From an uncultured Acidobacteriota bacterium (GTDB taxonomy: Bacteria > Acidobacteriota > Thermoanaerobaculia > UBA5066 > DATFVB01), in contig CAWEYG010000002.1 of assembly GCA_963813155.1 (NCBI GenBank), positions 640,001-704,000 on the forward strand: a stretch of 64,000 bases of DNA. The letters are read 5' to 3'. Both the position numbers and the translations under genes were made by a program. This document shows, piece after piece, positions 8,232 through 17,291 of this stretch. Positions within the stretch are counted from its first letter, which is position 1, and the number at the start of each line of letters is the position of its first letter. Under the pieces are notes generated by a model that ran no database searches, was not told the origin of the DNA, and saw only the letters and a list, made by a program, of their open reading frames with translations.

Positions 8232-9402
8232 AGGTCTTTCTCGAGTTCGAGGGTTCATTCGGTATTGCTACTCACGGCGCTCCTTTCTGCTCCCGCGGTC
8301 GCGCAGGAGAAAGCAATATCCCCCCAGTCGCTCGACTCCGGCTCTTCGCCGGTCGCTCTTTCCTTCGGCGATGACCCGGCCCGCAGGCTCGTCATCAACG
8401 GTTTCGGCGTCGCGACGTATGCCTACAACCTCAATACGAACGAGAACTCGTTTGCCGACAGCGCTCTCGCTATTTCTTTTTCAAAGCTGATCACGGACCG
8501 GATTTCGGTCTTCGCGCAACTGACGACCGCGCGCGAATCCGCTTCGCCGTTCGTCGGCGATACGGGAAACTTCGAAGGCGATGTTTCGACCGACATCGAC
8601 AATCTGCAACTCGCGTGGATGCCGTCACCGGCCGCCGGACTCCAGCTCACGTTCGGAAAATTCGATTCGCCGATCGCGCTGGAACGCGACGACGCTCCAT
8701 TGAACTTCCAGGCCACGAATTCCTTCACGTTCGACTTCGCGCGTCCCGTGAAGTTCACGGGAATCGAGGCGCACGAGGCGTTCTCGCCGAAGTTCGAAGG
8801 ATGGGCCATCGTCGGCAATGGCTGGGACAACGACACCGACAACAACAACGCGAAAACCGGCGCGCTCTACGCGCTCTGGAACCCGTCGCTGCGCTATCAT
8901 TTCGGCCTCGGAGTCATTCAGGGCGGCGAAAAGGAAGGTCAGACCGGAGATCAAAGGACGACGGCCGTCGCGACGATCCTGATGCAGCCCACCGATTCCT
9001 GGGTTTACGGCGAAGAGCTCGTCGCGGGGAGCGAGCCGCACGCGGCCGCTCGACGGCGGAACGGCCCGCTGGTATTCGGACATGTTTTATCTCCACCACC
9101 GCTTCGGACAGCACTGGGCGGGGACCCTGCGCGCCGAGTATTTCGACGACGCGGGAGGCTCGCGCACGGGAACGCGCCAGATCCTTCGCTCGGTGACGGT
9201 CTCTCCCCAGTATCTCGTCGGCGGCGGCTTCTACGGACTCTACCGAAACTTCGAGCATACGTCGCTGCGCCTTCCAGAAGTGACCGTCCGGCTCGACCTG
9301 AGGTGGGACCGTTCCAGCGTCGATGCCTTTCGAACGCGCGAGGAAGCCGTCGGGCGGCGCGACGCCTATTCCGCGACATTGCAGACCGTGTTTCTTTTCT
9401 AG
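8229..9402 (+). CDS. Outer-membrane beta-barrel porin (OmpL/BBP2-like), frameshift near 9050
   Basis: Signal peptide; FGKFDSPI, NGWDN..DNNNAKT, LRAEYFDD, C-terminal Phe; split over ORFs 8229.. and 9082..9402. Confidence 0.75.
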
Positions 9403-9408
9403 GAGAAG

Positions 9409-9981
9409 ATGATGGGAAAGCTTCCTCAAAGCGCGATCGAGACCCGGCTCACGGCGACGCTGTTCCTGCTGCTCCTCGGCGTCGCCAACCTGTTCGGAGC
9501 CTGGCAGGTGAAGAACTTCGCTTCGTTTTCACCCGCCGGAGTCGCCGCGACGGTCGCGCCGGAGGCCCATCACGACATGACGATGGCCTGCTGCCAGACC
9601 TCGGCCGCCGAGGAGAAGCCGGTCGACCTCGCCATGCTCGATCATCCCCGCCACCAGGTCAGCCGCGAGCTCCTCGTTCAGGACACGCACGTTCACGTCC
9701 CCGTTTACGCAATATCGGCCGCGCTGCTGTCGATGATCGTCCTGGGCCTGGTTCTCCCTTCGGGCGCTCGAGTCGCCCTGGTTCTTTGCTCGTTCGCGGC
9801 GCCGTTTCTCGATTTCGCGGGCCTTTGGGGCGCACACCTCTTTCCGTCGAAGGGAACGCTGTTCGGCCTCTTCGCGGTGGCGGGAGGCTTCGCCATGGGG
9901 CTCGCGTACCTCGTCGTGCTCGTCCTCACCCTGGCTCAGTGCTGGTTTTTCAGAAAGAAAATGGAGGCAAACCATGCGTAA
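9409..9981 (+). CDS. Four-TM membrane protein with His/Met/Cys-rich loop
   Basis: TM helices; loop HHDMTMACC; DTHVH at the start of the second TM. Confidence 0.75.
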   Translation: MMGKLPQSAIETRLTATLFLLLLGVANLFGAWQVKNFASFSPAGVAATVAPEAHHDMTMACCQTSAAEEKPVDLAMLDHPRHQVSRELLVQDTHVHVPVYAISAALLSMIVLGLVLPSGARVALVLCSFAAPFLDFAGLWGAHLFPSKGTLFGLFAVAGGFAMGLAYLVVLVLTLAQCWFFRKKMEANHA

Positions 9982-10549
9982 CATCTGTGCAGCCGGAGCC
10001 GCGCTCCTGATTTCCACATCTCTCTTCGCGCACGTGACTCCGAACGTCCAGCTCGTGCGGCGGGGAGAATTCATCCAATCGAGTCTGGCGGGGGCGGTGA
10101 AATTCTCCGAAAAGGTCCTGATGATCGGCGGTCCCGACATGGTGGCGATCAAGAACGCGACCGGCTGGAGACCGTCCGAAGAGGACGCGAAAATCTACAT
10201 TGGTCGCGACGCGACCGGCCGCCTCGTTGGGTCGGTCGCCTTCGTCTGGATGCCCTCCGAACACGGACCGATCGGGGTCGGCGCTGCTTTTGACGCGGAC
10301 GGGACGATACTCCGAGCCGAGGTCACCGATGTCGGAACCGAGCCGCTCGCCTGGGTGCGGCCCCTGATCGAGGCGAAGGGGCTCTCCGCCCTGGAAGGCC
10401 TGCGGCTGCAGGAACGCGCGAAGGGCTCCGCAATTGCCCCCCTCGTTCGGGGGAACATGACCCGCTATTACGCGGATGTGATTGCCGAGGGCATTACGCG
10501 CGCCCAGGCGCTCGAAAGGGTTTCGCGTGAGACGCCAGCCGCCCGGTGA
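9974..10549 (+). CDS. Exported FMN-binding-like (RnfG/FMN_bind fold) protein
   Basis: Signal peptide; HGPIGVGAAFDADGTILRAEVT..E resembles the FMN_bind core; no SGAT motif. Confidence 0.5.
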   Translation: MRNICAAGAALLISTSLFAHVTPNVQLVRRGEFIQSSLAGAVKFSEKVLMIGGPDMVAIKNATGWRPSEEDAKIYIGRDATGRLVGSVAFVWMPSEHGPIGVGAAFDADGTILRAEVTDVGTEPLAWVRPLIEAKGLSALEGLRLQERAKGSAIAPLVRGNMTRYYADVIAEGITRAQALERVSRETPAAR

Positions 10550-11103
10550 TCGGTCTCGCGGGAGAACGCTCCGGGAGGCGGCGATCCTCGCGGCGCTCGC
10601 GCTCCTCTTCGCCGCGGCTTCGAACCTGACGGCCCGCCCGGAGCGCCGCCTCGACTGGATCGGCAGGAGCTCCGCGGTTTCGAAGGCGGCCGTCCCGGCG
10701 GCGCCGGCCACGACCCCCGCCTCGTCTTCCGATTTTCCGCCGCACCCCGACAAGCCCTATCTCGAAATCACGCCGGACCAGGCGAAGAAACTCTTCGACC
10801 GCGGAGCGCCGTTCCTCGACGCCCGCCGCACGGTCCGTCTATCGCGAGGGCCACGTCCGGGGAGCCCGATCGCTTTCCGTCTGGGAGGCCGACCTCGACG
10901 GCAAGCTCCTCGCCCTCTCGCAGGAGAGGCTCGACCCGGCCGCACCTCTCGTCGCCTACTGCAGCGGCGGAGACTGCGAGGATTCGCATTCCCTGGCGGA
11001 ACGGCTCTGGTCGATCGGTTTCAACGACGTTCTCGTCTATCGGGACGGATTCCCCGACTGGGAAAAGCGCGGCTGGCCGGTTGAACGCGAGGCGAAAAAA
11101 TGA
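10527..11103 (+). CDS. Membrane-anchored rhodanese-like protein (frameshift near 10830)
   Basis: TM; FLDARR, then shifted frame YREGHVRGA...YCSGGDCEDS...GFPDWEKRGWP. Confidence 0.8.
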
Positions 11104-11573
11104 AACGCGTCGCCCTTCTGCTCGGGCGAGTCGCTCTCGGCGCCGTCTTCCTCGTCGCCGCGGGACCGAAGATCGCCGACCCGCCGGGATTCGCGCACAT
11201 GGTCTCGAACTACCTCCTCGTGCCGGCGCCCGCGGTCAACTTCCTGGCCCTCTTCCTTCCGTGGATCGAGATGCTGGCGGGCATCGCGCTCGTCACCGGC
11301 GTGTTTTGGAGAACCGGCGCGAAACTCTCGGCGGCGCTCCTCGTCCTCTTCATTCTGGCGATCGGCATCAACCTCGCGCGGGACCACGCGGTCCAGTGCG
11401 GCTGCTTCGACGTCCACGCCGCCGAAAAGAGCCACGCCCAATTGATCGGAGAGATGCGGTGGGTCGTCGCGAGGGACCTCGGGCTTCTCGCGGTCGCCGT
11501 CGGGCTCTCCCTTTCTAAAGAGGATCGGCGAACGGCCGGCTTTCTGAGAGAATCCCCCCGGGAGGAAGAATGA
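11100..11573 (+). CDS. MauE/DoxX-family membrane protein
   Basis: LGAVFLVAAGPKIADP, LPWIE, CGCF, RDL motifs. Confidence 0.88.
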   Translation: MKRVALLLGRVALGAVFLVAAGPKIADPPGFAHMVSNYLLVPAPAVNFLALFLPWIEMLAGIALVTGVFWRTGAKLSAALLVLFILAIGINLARDHAVQCGCFDVHAAEKSHAQLIGEMRWVVARDLGLLAVAVGLSLSKEDRRTAGFLRESPREEE

Positions 11574-11890
11574 AGATCCGACTTTCCCTGATCGTTCTGG
11601 CCGGTTACGCGTCTCTCGCGGCGGCCGCCTACAAGCCCTCGAGCCTCTTCGTCCAGCGGTGCGCGAAATGCCACGGCGAAGACGGCCGCGCCCAGACCCC
11701 GAAGGGGCAGAAAATGAAAGCGCGCGATTTCACCGACGCCAAATTCCAGACGGACAAGACCGACGCGCAGCTGATCGACTCGGTCACGAACGGAACCGAA
11801 ATGGACATGCCCCCGTTCGGCAAGGTCCTCTCGGCCGCCGAAATCGAAAAGCTCGTCAAAGAGGACGTTCGGGGATTCGGGAAGAAGTAG
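11570..11890 (+). CDS. Monoheme class I cytochrome c
   Basis: Signal peptide, CAKCH, distal Met in MPPF. Confidence 0.9.
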   Translation: MKIRLSLIVLAGYASLAAAAYKPSSLFVQRCAKCHGEDGRAQTPKGQKMKARDFTDAKFQTDKTDAQLIDSVTNGTEMDMPPFGKVLSAAEIEKLVKEDVRGFGKK

Positions 11891-12867
11891 CCGGCGGGCG
11901 GGGCCGATTCGCCCCGACGCCGTCGGGGCCGCTCCACTTCGGCTCTCTGCTCGCGGCGCTCGCGTCGTACCTGTTCGCGAAAAGCGGCGGAGCGGCCTGG
12001 TTGATCCGGATCGAAGACCTCGACGAGCCCCGGACGATCCCCGGATGCGCGGAGGAGCAAGTCCGCCTCCTTTCCCTCTGCGGCCTGGAGAGCGACGGGC
12101 CGATCGTGAGGCAGTCGGAGCGCGCCGCGACTTACGACGCGATCTTCGAAAGGCTCCTGGCCGAGGATCTCCTCTACCCCTGCGTCTGCTCGCGCCGGGA
12201 GATCTCGACCTCGGCCTCCGCTCCGCACGGAGCGGAGCCGGTCTACCCCGGCACGTGCCGCGACGCGAGGATCCGCCCGGACGAGGCCCGCGCGTGGCGC
12301 TTTCGCGTTCCGGCGGGGACCGTTTCGTTCCGGGACGAAGTCTTCGGCGAGATCTCGCAGGACGTCGCGAACGAAGTCGGCGACTTCGTCGTCCGCCGCG
12401 AGCAGCCGGCGCGAGCGTACGCGTACCAGCTCGCCGTCGTCGCGGACGACGCCGCGCAGGAGATCACGCAGGTCGTGCGGGGAGCGGACCTCCTCGATTC
12501 GACGGCGCGCCAGATCGCGCTCGGCCGGGCGCTCGGCTTCCGGATACCGGCGTACGCGCACATCCCGCTGCTCGTGTCGGATCAGGGAGAGAAGCTCTCG
12601 AAACGCGCCGGCAGCCGCCAGCTCGCCGAGGCGGCGGAGCGCGGAAGCCTTCCCGCCATCGCTCGCCGCGCTCCTGACGACGCTCGGGCAGAAGCCCCGA
12701 CGCTGAAAGAGGCGCTCGCAAGCTTCGACGCTTCGAAGAATTCCGCGGCAGCGCGAAATCCGCCTCGCGCCGCCCGCGTCAGGGTTCAACGCCGGAACGT
12801 GACCGCGCCGGCTTTCGCCAGCAGGTCGAGATACTCCGCGACTTCGGAAAGCGGAACCGATTCGTAG
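11887..12867 (+). CDS. gluQ: tRNA glutamyl-Q(34) synthetase GluQ-RS (non-canonical start; 3' end uncertain)
   Basis: GRFAPTPSGPLHFGSL, RIEDLD, CVCSR, YQLAVVADD, VRGADL, KLSKR; no anticodon-binding domain. Confidence 0.88.
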   Translation, partial: VAGGRGRFAPTPSGPLHFGSLLAALASYLFAKSGGAAWLIRIEDLDEPRTIPGCAEEQVRLLSLCGLESDGPIVRQSERAATYDAIFERLLAEDLLYPCVCSRREISTSASAPHGAEPVYPGTCRDARIRPDEARAWRFRVPAGTVSFRDEVFGEISQDVANEVGDFVVRREQPARAYAYQLAVVADDAAQEITQVVRGADLLDSTARQIALGRALGFRIPAYAHIPLLVSDQGEKLSKRAGSRQLAEAAERGSLPAIARRAPDDARAEAPTLKEALASFDASKNSAAARNPPRAARVRVQRRNVTAPAFASRSRYSATSESGTDS

Positions 12868-14778
12868 AGACCCGTCAGAGCATTTCGGATCTCCGAAACG
12901 GAGCGTTTCCCGTCCACGAGGTTGAACGCCTCGTACGCGAGCACTTCGCCGCCGTCGCGCTTCATCAGCGCCGCGCTGCTCGCGTCGACGCCGGCGGACT
13001 CGAGATAGCTGAAGTAGTAAACGTCGAGCGGCCCGCGGATCTCCGGGTTGCGGACCGGGATCCGCTCGTCGCGCTTCTCCCGCGAACTCGCGGCCTCCGG
13101 AGCCGCGCCGCCATGTTCCGGAGCCGCTCCTCTTCGAGACGGACCTCCGCCGCGGGAACGTTCCAGAGAGAGGCCACGGAACGCACGGTCCGGACACCCG
13201 ATTCGACCTGCCGGACTTCGACGTCGGCCGCGTCGCTTCCCTCCGCGCGGGCGCGCGCGACGCGCTCTTCCGCGCCGATCCCCGCGAGAACGAGCAGGCG
13301 AGACGCCTCGGAATCCGGCAGCGCCGCGAGCGTCCACGCGATGCCCGCGCCCATGTACGCGACGCGGCCGAGCTTCGTCGCGTCGAGGTTCTCGGGCTGG
13401 TCCTTGTTCGTGTGGATCGTCACGTCGGGGTAGTCGTGGAAATACACCATCGGAACGGCGAAGGCCGCCTCTTCGAAGACCTCGTGGTCGCTTCCCATCT
13501 CGAGCCGGCGAATGTCGCCCAGAAACGCTTCGCGGGCGCCGGGCGGCCACACGAGACCGGCATACGGATCGCCTCCCTTTTCCGCGTACTTCGAGGAAGC
13601 CCGAACGACGTCGTCGAACCAGGCGCGCGCGATCTCGTTCGCGACGTGCGGAAGGGTCTCGGCCGTCCGGGAGAGGTGGAACGTCCCCTTCGTCGCCGCG
13701 AGCGTGCCGCCGACCATGTCCATGTGGATGCCGGCCACGAGCCGCTGGACGATCTCCGGATGGCGGACGAGCCACGCCTGCGACCCCGCGATCTCCGGGA
13801 ACCACGCGAACCGGATCGTGAGCCGCGGCTTCGGCAGCGTCCCCTTCGCGATCGCGGCCTCGAGCGCCCTCGCGATTTCGAAAATCGCGGCGGAGCCCGA
13901 GGCGTTGTCGTTCGCTCCCGCCGACTCGTGGCAGAGGTGCGCCGTCAGGATCACTTCGCGGCCCGACGGGTCCGTTCCGGGAATCGTCGCCGTGAGGACG
14001 TCGAAAGACGCCGGGACCATTTTCGCCCGCACCCGCGCGCGCAGCACGATCTTCTCGCCCCCGGCGAGCCTCGCCCGGTAGGTCTCCGCCTGCCGCTTCG
14101 AGACCATGAACGCGAATCGGTTTTTGAGCTGGTACGGGGACAGATGGCCCCATCGCACGAGGTCCCTGTCGTCGCCGGACCAGGCGGTCGTCTGGTTCGG
14201 GTAAGTCGGACAGGAACCCCGCCGCGCCGCGGTCTTCGCAGGCTGCGCGATGCACGGCGGGGAGCGGCCCGTCCGCGAGCACGATCTTTCCGCGGACGTC
14301 TTTCCCCTCGTAACTCTTCGCGTCCGAGCCGGTGCCCGCGTCCACGAGCTCCGCCGTCACGTCGGCGTCCTGGCTGTAGTCGGCGAGGGCCACCGGAGAC
14401 GCAGGGAACGTTTCGACCGCGCCCGCGCGCGGCGAGACTTCCTCGAGCGAGGCCGAGACGGCGTCCCACCCGAAGTAGCTGAGGAAAGTGCGCGTAGCGA
14501 GTCTTCCCGTCTGCCGGGAGGCGCTCGACGGAGGCATCCGCGAGCCCGGCCGCGAGGAGCTTCTTTCGCATGTGCTCGGCCGCGGCGGCGTACCCGGGCG
14601 ATCCGTGCACGCGATGGAAACGCCCGAGCTCCCGGACGGTCTCGAGCGCCGCGTTCCCGTCGATCTGCGCCCGGATTGCGGCGGGCACCTCGTCGGGCCA
14701 GAACGGAATGCGTCGGTCCCCGGCGAGGGCCGGAACGGCGGCGAACACCAGGGCCAGGGACACGAGCTTTGTCGTCAC
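12786..14778 (-). CDS. M28-family aminopeptidase with PA and DUF4910-like domains (several frameshifts)
   Basis: Signal peptide from GTG 14778 with GGAGG; TAHLCH, GANDNASG, PEIAGS, DMVG, GSDH, HTNKD; pieces in three ORFs. Confidence 0.8.
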
Positions 14779-14800
14779 TCTTCCTCCGCGCGCGACAAGC

Positions 14801-15103
14801 CTACCGTTTTTCCCCTCTTTCGGGCGCGACCGAGGAGACGTACGCGTCGATCGACGATTTCTGTTCCGGCGTGAGCTTCGCCTTGGCCGCCATCTTGTCG
14901 AGGATCGACGGCCATTTCCGCGGGTCGATTTTCGAAGGCTGGCGGAGCCGGTGGCATCCCCCGCACTTCGCCGCGTACAGGGCGCGCCCCGGCTCGAAGG
15001 AAGGCTCGGGAGCGGGATCGAGCGTCGTCGCGCACGCAACGAGCGCGCACAGGGCGCCAGCCAGCAGAAGCACGGGGATTCCGGCTTTCCTCCTGTCCGT
15101 CAT
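14801..15103 (-). CDS. Small lipoprotein cytochrome c
   Basis: Lipobox LVAC; CGGCH; W..ILDKM distal Met; start overlaps the porin stop. Confidence 0.8.
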   Translation of the reverse strand: MTDRRKAGIPVLLLAGALCALVACATTLDPAPEPSFEPGRALYAAKCGGCHRLRQPSKIDPRKWPSILDKMAAKAKLTPEQKSSIDAYVSSVAPERGEKR

Positions 15104-15834
15104 CAGAAGTAAAACGACAGGATCGCGCGGGCACCGAAGCTTCCGTCGCGGCGAGTCAATCCCCAGTACGGCCCGAACGCGACCCACGCCTTCTCGGCCT
15201 GGTACGAAACCACCGGCCCGATCTTCGCCGTCGACGCCGTGAACGAGCCGTGGCCTTCAAAACCGGCGTTGACGCGCGGCGAGATCTCGTACGAAGCGCC
15301 GGCGGCCCACTCCTTCTGCCACGGAAAATGCCGGCCCGTCTCGTCGTCGACCGGTTTCTGGAAGATGAAGTTGCCCGCCGCGTTCAGCGGACCGAAATCG
15401 TGGGCGAGAATGAGCTTGAGCTCCGGTTCGCCGAATCCGCGCACTTTGAACGGCTGTTCGTACTCCGCGTACAGCTCGACGTCGACGGGCCACGCGCCGG
15501 CGCTTCCGAGCCTGTACTTCGCCTCGATCTTCGAGGAGTCCCAATCGAGCGAGGACGATCCCTCTTTCGTGAAGGTCGTGTAGAGCGAGACGTCGAGCTT
15601 GTCCGTCACGCCGAACTCGCCCTCGAGTTGAAACTGCCCGTTCGTCTGCGAGGAGTTCGCATCATCGTCCTCGCGCGTGGCCGAGACTTCGAGCTCGGCC
15701 GACCCCTTCGGGAGCGTCGCGTACTGGTACGTGAACAGGTAATACTTCCGGTCGGCCCGCGCCTCGCGCGCGGCAAGCAGCGCGCCGACCCAGAGGACGG
15801 GCAGCAGGAATGGGCGGAGTCGTCGGAGAATCAT
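15103..15834 (-). CDS. Outer-membrane beta-barrel protein (putative iron-uptake porin)
   Basis: Signal peptide, alternating amphipathic strands, C-terminal YF; Fur-like box upstream. Confidence 0.7.
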   Translation of the reverse strand: MILRRLRPFLLPVLWVGALLAAREARADRKYYLFTYQYATLPKGSAELEVSATREDDDANSSQTNGQFQLEGEFGVTDKLDVSLYTTFTKEGSSSLDWDSSKIEAKYRLGSAGAWPVDVELYAEYEQPFKVRGFGEPELKLILAHDFGPLNAAGNFIFQKPVDDETGRHFPWQKEWAAGASYEISPRVNAGFEGHGSFTASTAKIGPVVSYQAEKAWVAFGPYWGLTRRDGSFGARAILSFYF

Positions 15835-15862
15835 CGGGCAGGTCTCCCTCTTTTCTCTGAGC

Positions 15863-15879
15863 TTAAGACTCAGTCTCAA
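15863..15879. promoter_or_regulatory. Putative Fur box TTAAGACT-C-AGTCTCAA
   Basis: 8-1-8 palindrome with one mismatch, upstream of the porin and just downstream of fur; near-copy at 16403. Confidence 0.65.
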
Positions 15880-15886
15880 TGAATCC

Positions 15887-16375
15887 CTAGGTATCGGCTG
15901 CGGGGGACCGGGCGGATTCCAGCTCCCCGGCGGCCTTCTTCGTCTTCTGGCACTCGCGGCAGAAGCCGCGGATGTGATGGCTGTGGGCGACGGCGCGGAA
16001 CCCGGCGCGCGCGCAGACCTGGTCCTGCAGGTCTTCGATCTTCGGCTCGTAGAACTCGATAATCCGGCCGCACGAGATGCAGATCATGTGGTCGTGGTGC
16101 TCGCCGGCGTGGAGCCGCTCGTACCGGTAACCCTCCTCGCCCACGCGAACCCGGCCCACGACTCCGGCCGCGACGAGGAGCTCGAGGCCCCGGTAGATCG
16201 TCGCTCGGGAGATTTTCCGCCCCCGTTTCTTCATCCGGAAGAGGAGCTCGTCCGCCTCGAAGTGTTCGTGCCTCTTGAAGATCTCCTCGAAGAGGTCCCT
16301 CCGCTCCGGCGTGAGCTTCAGGCCCCGACGCTTCAGGTACGTCTGGAACAGCGCGGCTTCACGACGATGCGGCAT
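15887..16375 (-). CDS. fur: Fur-family transcriptional regulator
   Basis: HFEADEL, ISRATIYRGL, HHDHMICISCG, CRECQ. Confidence 0.92.
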   Translation of the reverse strand: MPHRREAALFQTYLKRRGLKLTPERRDLFEEIFKRHEHFEADELLFRMKKRGRKISRATIYRGLELLVAAGVVGRVRVGEEGYRYERLHAGEHHDHMICISCGRIIEFYEPKIEDLQDQVCARAGFRAVAHSHHIRGFCRECQKTKKAAGELESARSPAADT

Positions 16376-16402
16376 GGCGGCCCGGATCGGATGCTTTTGA
16401 CA

Positions 16403-16419
16403 TTGCGACTCAGTCTCAG
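16403..16419. promoter_or_regulatory. Putative Fur box TTGCGACT-C-AGTCTCAG in the fur/FTR1 divergent promoter
   Basis: Shares GACTCAGTCTCA core with the 15863 site; adjacent to TTGACA at 16397-16402. Confidence 0.65.
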
Positions 16420-16476
16420 TCGTGATAGTTTCGCAAGCGTTGGCCGTTGTCAAGTCCAGGCGGCCGGGAGGCTCAC

Positions 16477-17268
16477 GTGTGGCAGGGGTTGACCATCGCT
16501 CTGAGGGAAGGAATCGAATCGTTTCTCGTCGTCGCGCTGACGGTGTTGTATCTCGTTCGCACCGGCCGCCGGGGCCTCCTCTCCGCCGTCTGGTGGGGCG
16601 TGGGGTTGTCCGTCGCCGTTTGCGCGTGCGCGGGATACCTGCTGTCGAAGGCGCTCAGCCAGTCGCTCTGGGAAGGAGTTCTCGCTCTCGTTTCCGCGGT
16701 GTTCGTCGGCTCGTTCCTCGTCTACATGAAGAAGGTTTCCTCGCATCTCAAGGCCGACATCGAAAAGAGAGTCGAGAGCGCGGCATCCCGGCGCTCGGCC
16801 TCGGCCGGTTTCTGGGGAATCTTCCTCTTCACCGTCTTCATGGTCTCCCGGGAGGGAATGGAGACGGCTCTCCTGATCGACAGCGCCCTGTTTCAATTGA
16901 AGAGCGCGCGCGTTCTTCTCGGTCTCGTCATCGGCCTTCTCGCGGCCGTCGCGATCGGGTTTCTCTGGATCCGGATGGGGAGAAAGATCAATTTTCGCGC
17001 GATTCTCAACGTGTCCTCCGTGTTCCTCGCCCTGTTCCTCGTCCAGCTGCTGATCGCCGGATTCCACGAGCTCGCGGAAGCGGGCGTGTGGCCCAATTCG
17101 GCCGTGCTCCATGACGCGACCGAAGCCATCGGTCCGGACGGAAAGTACGGCCAGTGGCTCGCGTACGCGCTCGCTGCCGTTCCGACGCTCTGGCTTTTCG
17201 GCGCGTGGATCAAACACCGCCTCCACCCGGAGGCGCCTCCGGCGACCGACAAACAGGCCGCGCTCTAG
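16477..17268 (+). CDS. FTR1/EfeU-family high-affinity iron permease
   Basis: Two RExxE motifs (REGIE, REGME), about 7 TM helices, GFHEL.EAG; RBS GGGAGG. Confidence 0.92.
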   Translation: MWQGLTIALREGIESFLVVALTVLYLVRTGRRGLLSAVWWGVGLSVAVCACAGYLLSKALSQSLWEGVLALVSAVFVGSFLVYMKKVSSHLKADIEKRVESAASRRSASAGFWGIFLFTVFMVSREGMETALLIDSALFQLKSARVLLGLVIGLLAAVAIGFLWIRMGRKINFRAILNVSSVFLALFLVQLLIAGFHELAEAGVWPNSAVLHDATEAIGPDGKYGQWLAYALAAVPTLWLFGAWIKHRLHPEAPPATDKQAAL

Positions 17269-17291
17269 CCGGCTGCCGAGACCGAGCGAGC

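Noticed and set aside
11570-12867. Cytochrome c-GluQ (and cytochrome c-dehydratase at 44181-45730) fusion by -1 frameshift
   Set aside because: Would join exported heme proteins to cytoplasmic enzymes; no canonical slippery heptamer; coupled reinitiation fits better
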